From assembly GCA_964395655.1 (NCBI GenBank), contig CAYNBB010000003.1:1-62337 (forward strand): a stretch of DNA of 62,337 nucleotides, read 5' to 3'. The translations under genes and the position numbers were made by a program. Source of the DNA: an uncultured Azospirillaceae bacterium (GTDB taxonomy: Bacteria > Pseudomonadota > Alphaproteobacteria > RF32 > CAG-239). Shown here piece after piece: positions 29,317-36,967 of the stretch; positions within the stretch are counted from its first letter, which is position 1, and the number at the start of each line of letters is the position of its first letter. The notes beneath the pieces were generated by a model. It worked only from the letters and a program-made list of their open reading frames with translations, made no database searches and was not told the DNA's origin.

Positions 29317-29865
29317 ATGAAGAAAACACCGCGCCGCCGCAGCAAATATTTTGCCCCGCAAAACGAAAACGTCCGTCATCAGTGCGACCATCCCGGTTGT
29401 GCCGAAGCGGGGGAGTATCGCGCGCCCAAAGACCGCAGCCTTAAAGAGTATTATTGGTTCTGCCTCCGACATGTGCAGGAATACAATGCCAAGTGGAATT
29501 ACTTTGACGGTTTGGAAGACAGCAGGGAGGAGGAAGCGGCAAGGGACAAATTCCGCCGTTTTCGTTTTAGTTCCAAAATCAAGTATAATTTCGGTTTTGA
29601 TTTCAACGGTAATTTCGAGTTTATGGACGAGTACAATCCCCGTCTCTCGCCGATGACCGAGATTCGGTTTACCGCACAGGAGCGTCGGTGTCTGAGAATT
29701 CTCGAAATAGACATTGAAGACCTGACGGTTGCCGAACTCAAAAAGCAGTATAAGAAAATGGCAAAAAAATACCATCCCGACTTAAACCGCGAAGACAAGG
29801 AGGCCGAAGAAAAATTCAAACTCATCAGCACCGGCTATAAGACGATTCTCAATAAAATTTCCTAA
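29317..29865 (+). CDS. J-domain protein with an N-terminal Cys/His-containing region
   Basis: C-terminal J domain ELKKQYKKMAKKYHPDLNREDKEAEEKFKLISTGY. ATG at 29317 is preceded by GGAAAGGA. Confidence 0.75.
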   Translation: MKKTPRRRSKYFAPQNENVRHQCDHPGCAEAGEYRAPKDRSLKEYYWFCLRHVQEYNAKWNYFDGLEDSREEEAARDKFRRFRFSSKIKYNFGFDFNGNFEFMDEYNPRLSPMTEIRFTAQERRCLRILEIDIEDLTVAELKKQYKKMAKKYHPDLNREDKEAEEKFKLISTGYKTILNKIS

Positions 29866-30698
29866 TCGCGTCCTTTTTCGATTTTTTTGATGGTTTCCCG
29901 ATTCTTGCTGGACAGATTCGGATTCTTTTCCTTGATTGTTTTGGCGGTGGCCTTTTTGTTTTTGCGTCCCGATTTTTTGAGGATGATTTCGGCGACTTTG
30001 TTGTCGTCGGCACTACGCTCGCCGGCATTGATGATGTCGTCTATTTTCAGTCCTTCAATCGCTTTGAGTTCAGCTTCTTTGCCCTGCATGGCCACGCGTT
30101 TGATGCGTTTGATGCCGCGCAGCAGATTGACCGTCTCGGCTTTGGAAAGCTGGCGGGTACTGATTTTGGCCTTTTTCATGACGTCTTCTTTGAGGATTTT
30201 TTCAAAATCGCGCGAATTAAGCGTTGCGTCCTGCATATTTTGGTTGATGATTTTTTTGTCGATATTGCCGAAGCCGAATTCTTTCGAAAGTTGGTTGGCC
30301 ATGCGGACGGCGCTCATCCTTCCGGCGTCTTGTTGCAGTTTTTGGTTGTTCAGGGTGTTCTCGCGAATACCGAGTTGTTTGCGTTCGTCTTCATACAGGG
30401 CATTGACCAGTGACGAAGAGACGTCGTTGGGAAGAAAGGTGTAATAATCTTCGTCATCCTCTTCTTCGTCGTATACGTCTTTGATTTTTTTGCGCAGTTT
30501 TTTGAGGCCTTGCGGAAGTTCGGCCGGCAACGGCCTCGGCGCGTTGTTCATCGACACGGGCTTTTTGCTTTTGGCTTCTTCTTCCAAGGCTTTCTCTTTG
30601 TCAATCCGGCGCGATAATTTTTCGGCGGTGCCAAACCCTTTGTTCTTTTTCCATTCTATATTCGGGTTTGCCGTTTCGTCTTCCATGTTGCTCTCCAA
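29862..30698 (-). CDS. Hypothetical highly charged (K/E/D-rich) protein, 278 aa
   Basis: A long ORF that does not look like an antisense artefact, since there is no strong gene on the opposite strand. No signal peptide or domain recognised. Confidence 0.4.
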   Translation of the reverse strand: MESNMEDETANPNIEWKKNKGFGTAEKLSRRIDKEKALEEEAKSKKPVSMNNAPRPLPAELPQGLKKLRKKIKDVYDEEEDDEDYYTFLPNDVSSSLVNALYEDERKQLGIRENTLNNQKLQQDAGRMSAVRMANQLSKEFGFGNIDKKIINQNMQDATLNSRDFEKILKEDVMKKAKISTRQLSKAETVNLLRGIKRIKRVAMQGKEAELKAIEGLKIDDIINAGERSADDNKVAEIILKKSGRKNKKATAKTIKEKNPNLSSKNRETIKKIEKGRD

Positions 30699-30785
30699 AA
30701 TACTTTTGCATACCCTGATGTTTTACGTCCTTCTTACCTGATTAGTGTTGCATAAAAAGATTTTTTTGTCAAATTGTTCCCGAAA

Positions 30786-32498
30786 TTACTGCCGGCGGTA
30801 AGTAATGATCAGCGAGCCGTCAGACAGGTTGCGCGCTGCAATTTCGAGCGTATCGCCGCAGACGCGGCTCAAAGTAAAGGTTTTGGTCGTCATCGACAGC
30901 AGATGCCCGGCAATGTCTCTCTTCAGTTTTTCCCAGTCGATGTCGATGGCCAAAAATTCTTTTTGAGATTCCAGCAGTTCATCCAAATTTGGTTCGCCGT
31001 CCAAAAACATTCGTTCGGCTTTCCATAGCTTAAGATAAGCTTCGTTATACGAAGTTAAACGGCCGTTCGAACCGAAAATAAGCACTGCGTCAAAGATGTT
31101 TTCGAGAATTTCCTGTTGCACCGAGAGCAATGCATTGTAGGCGCTGGTCGTCGCCAGCTTATCTGAAATATCCTCGTAAGCAAAGATGAGGCCGCCCATC
31201 GGATAAGGCGCACGCAAACGCCGGAGAGTAGTGCCGTCGGGCAGGTGCAGCATGTCTTTCTGCGGCTCGATTATCTGCGAAAACTTTTTTTGTTCTTCCG
31301 CTTTAAACAAAAGATAGTCAGGCACTTCCGGCAACAGCCTTTTTTCACGGACGGCGTCCAGAAAGGACGAATAAGTCGGAGCATCGTCCAGCCATTCCGG
31401 ATCAAGCTTCCATAATTCCGCAAAAGAGGAGTTATGAAACGCTAATTTAAAATTCTGATCAAACACTGCGAATGCCGTGCCGAGCGTCCGCAGGATTTCG
31501 AGTTGCGCGTTTTGGTGCAGTTTGAGATTACGTTTAAGCTCCTCCAGTTCGTTAACGTCAATCAGAGTTCCTGCCGTATAGATGCTTTCGAGGTTTTCTT
31601 CGGCATGAAAGGGCGTTTCAAAGGCCTTCATCATAATTCTTTGTCCGCCTTTGACAATACTGACGGTAGCTTTTTGAGGTTTGTTGCTGTCTTGCGCTTT
31701 TTGAGCCAGATTTTTGGAAACGCTGTCACCGCTGCTGGTCGTAATTTCGTTTTTGCCGTCAAAATTTCCGGTACGGGATTTGCTGAGATAGTCGCCGAAT
31801 TTTTTGTTATAATCGATGATGTTGAGGTCGCTGCCGCGCAGCCAGACCGGAAAAGGCAGATTGTCGATCAGATCTCTCACCCGCCGCAATTCGTCGGAAA
31901 TTGCCCGACGGCCGTTTTCCAGTTCCATAATTTTGTTGGTTTCGAAACTGACATCGCGAAACCAGATCATGTCGCAGTATATGTTGCCGTCGGCGCCGTT
32001 GATTCGGGCGCCGACCAGCCGAAGATACTTGTTGGAGCTTTTGAGTGCAAATTCGTCGTCAAACGAAACGCCTTCCTCATGCAGAAAATCTGTATATTTC
32101 CGAATTCGCTTGACATCTTCTTTATAAAAGTTTTTGAGAATATCCTCAAAACCGGATTTCGTGCCGCCCGGAAGATTCATCATAACCGCCAGTCGCCGCG
32201 AACACCTTTCGACAATATGCTTGCGCGGATCATTGATTTTTTGGTCGGGATAAATAAAGGCAAAATAACCGTCGCGGGAGGCATAAAGCGTTTCGGCATA
32301 ACGCTCGCGGTCGCGATTCAGAAAATAGTTTTTCTGCCGCAGTTTGAGAATTTTGAACATCTCCGCAATGACAAAGGCTGTCAAAGCCGCCAAAAACGCA
32401 AAAACAATATGCCAGAACTCAGGGGCGGCATAGTAGATGTCCAGCAGCAGCGGTTTGTCGATCATTTGCGTTTTTATCCATAAAAATGTTGTGCTCAA
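30786..32498 (-). CDS. Membrane-anchored multi-PAS-like sensor protein lacking an output domain
   Basis: An N-terminal TM segment (WHIVFAFLAALTAFVIAEMF) is followed by about 500 aa with repeated PAS-like blocks (e.g. LIDNLPFPVWLRGSDLNIIDYNKKF; FAVFDQNFKLAFHNSSFAELW; IFDAVLIFGSNGRLTSYNEAYLKLW). No H-box or HATPase motifs. The start codon is uncertain. Confidence 0.55.
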   Translation of the reverse strand: MSTTFLWIKTQMIDKPLLLDIYYAAPEFWHIVFAFLAALTAFVIAEMFKILKLRQKNYFLNRDRERYAETLYASRDGYFAFIYPDQKINDPRKHIVERCSRRLAVMMNLPGGTKSGFEDILKNFYKEDVKRIRKYTDFLHEEGVSFDDEFALKSSNKYLRLVGARINGADGNIYCDMIWFRDVSFETNKIMELENGRRAISDELRRVRDLIDNLPFPVWLRGSDLNIIDYNKKFGDYLSKSRTGNFDGKNEITTSSGDSVSKNLAQKAQDSNKPQKATVSIVKGGQRIMMKAFETPFHAEENLESIYTAGTLIDVNELEELKRNLKLHQNAQLEILRTLGTAFAVFDQNFKLAFHNSSFAELWKLDPEWLDDAPTYSSFLDAVREKRLLPEVPDYLLFKAEEQKKFSQIIEPQKDMLHLPDGTTLRRLRAPYPMGGLIFAYEDISDKLATTSAYNALLSVQQEILENIFDAVLIFGSNGRLTSYNEAYLKLWKAERMFLDGEPNLDELLESQKEFLAIDIDWEKLKRDIAGHLLSMTTKTFTLSRVCGDTLEIAARNLSDGSLIITYRRQ

Positions 32499-32556
32499 TG
32501 AGATTTTATTATATAACCCACATTAATTAAACTCATTTTTTTTGCAAGTGGAAAAC

Positions 32557-33219
32557 ATGTATATCTTAGCTTTTGATACGACGGCAGCTCAATGCGCGAT
32601 AGTTTTGCAAAAAGACGGGCGGGTTGCCGGCCGTTTTTGCGAATATATGGATTTCGGGCAGTCTGAGGTTCTGATTCCGCAGATTCAAAAAATGCTTTCG
32701 GCGGAAGGAATAACCTTTGATGCCGTCGGCATGATTCTTGTCTGTGTCGGTCCGGGCTCGTTTACCGGCGTGCGCGCAAGCATTGCCGCGGCTCGTACGT
32801 TTCAGCTGGTTCGTCCCGGGCTGCTGCTTGACGGCATATCGGCTTTTGAGGCTTATGCGCTTAATTTATTGCCGGAAGAACGCGGTGAGATTAACGCCGT
32901 GATCATCGAAACCAAGCGCGATGACTTTTATCTTCAATTGTTTGACAAAGGCCTCAAAAAGATGACGCCGCCGCAGGCTCTGCATTATGACGACATTATT
33001 CCGTTGCTGCGCCACAAAAAAATTTCCCTCGTCGGCGACGGAGTAGAGCGCTTTTTGGCCAAAAACAGCGGACTGAGCTTGCATTGCATCAAGATGTCCG
33101 AAGGAATAGACCTTGCCGACATGATAACCGCCGGTCTGCGTCATCTGGCCGAGGGCAAGCTTGATTATCCCAAGCCGCTGTATTTGCGCGCTCCCGATGT
33201 CAGCGCACCCAAAATATAA
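32557..33219 (+). CDS. tsaB: tRNA threonylcarbamoyladenosine biosynthesis protein TsaB
   Basis: MYILAFDTTAAQCAIVL, GPGSFTGVRASIAAARTF and a C-terminal YLRAPD. Confidence 0.85.
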   Translation: MYILAFDTTAAQCAIVLQKDGRVAGRFCEYMDFGQSEVLIPQIQKMLSAEGITFDAVGMILVCVGPGSFTGVRASIAAARTFQLVRPGLLLDGISAFEAYALNLLPEERGEINAVIIETKRDDFYLQLFDKGLKKMTPPQALHYDDIIPLLRHKKISLVGDGVERFLAKNSGLSLHCIKMSEGIDLADMITAGLRHLAEGKLDYPKPLYLRAPDVSAPKI

Positions 33220-33234
33220 AGATTTCGAAAATAA

Positions 33235-34731
33235 TCAGGCGGTTTGTCTGGAAGCGTCGCTGAGCAGATTGTGAATTGTCAGGCGCAAATCGTCGTTATG
33301 ATGCGCCTCGATAATTTCGACAATTTCAATTTCCTGTTTGTCCAGTCGACGGTTGATGCCGAGAGAATCGTAGAATTGTTTGCTGCTGTTGTATAATTTT
33401 GCGGCTTGCAGGCTGTTGCCCTGATCATACAGGTGCTGCGACAGGTGTTTGTGCGCATTGGCCAACTCGCGGGCGTTGATTTCTTCATCTGCAAAATTAA
33501 CGGCATTCTGATACGCCCAGGTTGCCTTGTTGATCGAACCCGCTCGCAAATACATGTCGGCGGCGCGGCTCCAGGCGTTGGCATTGTTGGGAGACAATTC
33601 AATCGACAGTTCAAAGGCTCCGGTTGCCAGCATCACGTCGTTGACGGCTGCCAGTGTGCCGAAAACGCAGGCCTGTTCGGAAATGATTTTGTAAAGGGCA
33701 TCGCGTTTGGCTTCGTTAGTGGATTGCGCGGCTTTTTCGATGCCGTTGTCCATCAGCCCTTCAAGCAGAGTGAGGGCCAGCGAAGCGTCGCCTTTTGCCA
33801 GGTGATAAAGGGCTTCCTCTTCGCCGGGAAGCTGTGCGCCGAAGGGCAGTTTGGCAAATGCTCGATTGCGTGACAGGTCAACAAAATATTTGATTGCGTC
33901 AATCGTTTGCAGAATATCGTCTTCGGAATTCAGATTCTGGTTGCGGAACATAACGGTTTGGGCAATCTTCAGATCGTCGACCCCGCGTCCGAGCATATCG
34001 ATAATCAGGCCGAGCAGTTCGCCGAGATCTTTGTGCTCCTGATGATATGACAAAGCGGAGGCGTCAACCATCGGCGCTGTCTGTTCATGCGGCAGGGAAC
34101 CTTTTTTCCAGTCCAAATCAATTTGCGGAGTTTTTCGAGAGCTGCGCCGTTTTTCCGAAGATTGCTTTTCTTTTTCTTCTTTGGCTGCTTTTTCCGTTTC
34201 CTGGCGTTTTTGCTCTTTTTTGAGTTCTTTTTCTTTTTGCTTTTTGTTCTCCGCCGTGGCTTGTTCCGAGAGATTCTGGTCGCGCTCGGCACGTACCATG
34301 TCGAGTTCTTTCTGAAGCTCTTTTTCCAACTCCATGTCGCGTTCCTGGTTACGGATGATTTCCTGCAGCCGTTCGGCGTCTTTTTCGTCGAAAATATCGT
34401 CGTCCTCGTCCGCAACATCGGCTCGAGGCTCTTTTTTCAAAAAGGCAACAATTGTTTTGACGTAAATGATTATAATCAGGAACAAAAAGAGAATAAGCGC
34501 CAAAATCATCAGGATAATCGAGACCAGACGCAGGTTGTTGGCTCCCGACAGGTAACCGTCTACAAGACCGGTCAGCAAATCAATCTTACTCGATATTGTG
34601 CCGATAATGTCAATCGAAGTAAATATGGTTACGAGTTGTTCATACATGTTTTTCAAACCATTTACAAAATACATTTTAAGCGCTAAAATGTCAAGACAAA
34701 TAAGGTTGCCGTCCGGCGTCGCTCTGAACAT
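33235..34731 (-). CDS. Hypothetical membrane protein with a K/E-rich coiled region and a TPR-like C-terminus
   Basis: TM helix LVSIILMILALILFLFLIIIIYV, a long KE-rich stretch, and C-terminal helical repeats (NANAWSRAADMYLRAGSINKATWAYQNAV). The start codon is uncertain. Confidence 0.45.
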   Translation of the reverse strand: MFRATPDGNLICLDILALKMYFVNGLKNMYEQLVTIFTSIDIIGTISSKIDLLTGLVDGYLSGANNLRLVSIILMILALILFLFLIIIIYVKTIVAFLKKEPRADVADEDDDIFDEKDAERLQEIIRNQERDMELEKELQKELDMVRAERDQNLSEQATAENKKQKEKELKKEQKRQETEKAAKEEKEKQSSEKRRSSRKTPQIDLDWKKGSLPHEQTAPMVDASALSYHQEHKDLGELLGLIIDMLGRGVDDLKIAQTVMFRNQNLNSEDDILQTIDAIKYFVDLSRNRAFAKLPFGAQLPGEEEALYHLAKGDASLALTLLEGLMDNGIEKAAQSTNEAKRDALYKIISEQACVFGTLAAVNDVMLATGAFELSIELSPNNANAWSRAADMYLRAGSINKATWAYQNAVNFADEEINARELANAHKHLSQHLYDQGNSLQAAKLYNSSKQFYDSLGINRRLDKQEIEIVEIIEAHHNDDLRLTIHNLLSDASRQTA

Positions 34732-34751
34732 TACAAGAAAAAGATTTAAGA

Positions 34752-35525
34752 ATGGGTTACCTCAGCCAAAGAAAAAAATCCGAAAGGGAAAATATTTTTT
34801 TGAAAATCAGCTCGGCTGTTTTTGTCGTACTGACGCTGTGTTCCTTTATGTGCGTTCCGGGCGGCGTGTTTCCTGACTTGTTGTTTCATTTCTACTTCCT
34901 CAATCTCTTGGTGTTTGTCTATGCGTTGTACGTCGGTCGTTGGGGGTACGGCATTTTTTTTCTGGCGTTGCTGATTATCAATTTTTTTCAGGTGTCGGCG
35001 TTTGCCAATATCCTGTTTGACAGCAAGATCGAAGCGCCGTATCGTCTGAATTTGGAATACTCGCCGGACGGCGGCAAAGATTTGACGGATACGGATATTT
35101 TGGTTCTTCGTTCGGGACATTTGGATTTGGGCAATAAGACGCAGGCGCGATTCTGGGCTCTGGAAAAAAATGCGCATGCCTTTAATCTGATACGCGTTGA
35201 TTTTTCAGCCGATTCGGCCGCCGTTCGTCGCAGAAGTTTCCGCCGTTTGGCCGCATTTGTCGATGCGCAGGACGATCCTGTTGTCCTGTACGGCAATTTC
35301 GGAGAAGCGGCTTGGAGCCGCAATATGCGACGTTTTTTGGATGAGACCGGTCTCAAGGTTAAAAATCGCCTGATCTTTGCCGAAAACGGCCGCCGTTTTA
35401 ATCCTTTTGCCCTGCCGGAATTTTATGTGCTCGGCTTTGCAAATTTCGGAGTAGAGAATCTCCGCGTCAGCCGGCCGACAGGCGATGAGTTTCCCGTCGT
35501 TACGATGCAGCTTCGTTTTGAATAA
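34752..35525 (+). CDS. Membrane protein with a truncated, apparently degenerate endonuclease/exonuclease/phosphatase (YafD/COG3021-like) domain
   Basis: Two to three N-terminal TM helices. PVVLYGNFGEAAWSRNMRRFLDETGL resembles the EEP motif (usually GDFN..PWS). The C-terminal TGDEFPVV sits where SDHxPV is expected. Confidence 0.45.
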   Translation: MGYLSQRKKSERENIFLKISSAVFVVLTLCSFMCVPGGVFPDLLFHFYFLNLLVFVYALYVGRWGYGIFFLALLIINFFQVSAFANILFDSKIEAPYRLNLEYSPDGGKDLTDTDILVLRSGHLDLGNKTQARFWALEKNAHAFNLIRVDFSADSAAVRRRSFRRLAAFVDAQDDPVVLYGNFGEAAWSRNMRRFLDETGLKVKNRLIFAENGRRFNPFALPEFYVLGFANFGVENLRVSRPTGDEFPVVTMQLRFE

Positions 35526-36876
35526 GCCTGTTCTCCAATATTTCAAGAAGTTCTTTTTCTTCCAGTTCGCGGGCATAGTCAATTGCCAGACGCAGATATT
35601 TTTGCGCCTGTGCCGAGTCGCCGTTCTGCGTTTCGAGACGAGCCAAGTTGGCATAGTCAATCAGTGCGCCGAGCGTCCGTTCGTTACGAAGTTCGCAGTT
35701 TAAGGATTGCGAAAACAAAGCGCGCGCACGTCCGAAATCTTTTTGCAACAGATAAATCAGTCCGAGCAGATTGTATGAATTGGCAACCTGAAAACAGGTA
35801 CGTTGCTTTTTGTCTTCTTCGATAATCTCGCGCAGTATTTTTTCGGCCGGAGCATATTTTCCTTCGGCAAAAGACGCTTCGGCTTGTAAAAATCGCATTT
35901 CCAGAAAGGCGGGCAGGTTGGCAGTTTTTTGATAAAGTTGAGCCGCTTTTTTAGCCTTTTTTGCCGCAGCGCTTCGGCGATTTTGGGCACGGTCGGCATA
36001 AGCGCCGATTTCCAGACTCAAAGCTTGTCCGGGCAGGTTGTTCAAACGAATATGTTCTTTAAGGGCACGGTCGGCTTCTGCCATTGCGTCGGATGTTTTT
36101 TCTTCGAGCAAAAGAGAAAGCGCCCGTTGATTGGTTATCTCGGCTCGTCCGACGTCTTGCCTGCATTCGGCATAAAGCTTATCTGCTTTTTCGAAACGGG
36201 CGTGCGCTTCGTTAAAACGTTTCTGTGTCGTCATCAGCATGCCGAGCGTGCCGAGGCTTTCGGCTTCTTTATTCGGGGCGCCGAGATAATGGAAAATTTT
36301 GGCGGCCGTCTGCAGCATAAAATCGGCCACGTCAAATACGGCACTGACACGGTAGATTGTGCCCATCAGCAGATAAGCCTCGGCTTCTTCGTAAACGTAA
36401 TTCAGTTTATTGAAGATTTTTGCCGCCCGCGAGCTTTTTTCCGAAGCCGAGAGCAGATCGCCTTCTTTCAGGTTTTCCCGCGCTTCTTGCAGAAGAACGG
36501 CGGCTTGACGTGCATTTTTGTTTTGATAGGGAACGCTCTTTTTTATTTTTCCGCAAAGGGATTTGAGACTTTGTGCCAGATTTTTGTGATTTTGTTTTTC
36601 CCAAAAGCGTATCAGCGCGCTGCTGTCGCGTTTTTTCAGGATACCGGCCATCAGGCTCAGTTCCTTTTTCGAAAGTTTGATTGTGTCGGCGGCCGCTTGT
36701 ATTGCCGTTTCGCTCGAGTACGGAATGTCGGTCGGCAGGCTGCTGCGGGTTTCAAGCAGAAGTCTTTCGATAATTCGGCGCAGACAGTCTTTTTTCAGAC
36801 GTTTTGTGTGGTTCCAAAATAGCCATACTGCGCTTATTATAAAAAGGACGATGAAAATGAAACGGAGATAATTCAT
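35500..36876 (-). CDS. TPR-repeat protein with an N-terminal membrane anchor
   Basis: TM helix FIFIVLFIISAVWLFW followed by multiple TPR-like helical repeats (YEEAEAYLLMGTIYRV..., ANSYNLLGLIYLLQKDFGRARALFSQSL). Confidence 0.6.
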   Translation of the reverse strand: MNYLRFIFIVLFIISAVWLFWNHTKRLKKDCLRRIIERLLLETRSSLPTDIPYSSETAIQAAADTIKLSKKELSLMAGILKKRDSSALIRFWEKQNHKNLAQSLKSLCGKIKKSVPYQNKNARQAAVLLQEARENLKEGDLLSASEKSSRAAKIFNKLNYVYEEAEAYLLMGTIYRVSAVFDVADFMLQTAAKIFHYLGAPNKEAESLGTLGMLMTTQKRFNEAHARFEKADKLYAECRQDVGRAEITNQRALSLLLEEKTSDAMAEADRALKEHIRLNNLPGQALSLEIGAYADRAQNRRSAAAKKAKKAAQLYQKTANLPAFLEMRFLQAEASFAEGKYAPAEKILREIIEEDKKQRTCFQVANSYNLLGLIYLLQKDFGRARALFSQSLNCELRNERTLGALIDYANLARLETQNGDSAQAQKYLRLAIDYARELEEKELLEILENRLIQNEAAS

Positions 36877-36967
36877 AAATTTGCGATTTCTTTACCCAAT
36901 GTTAGTCTTTGCTGTTATAGTATTTGACATAGCTTACCAAAAATTTAACGTATAGGGATTTTTTATT

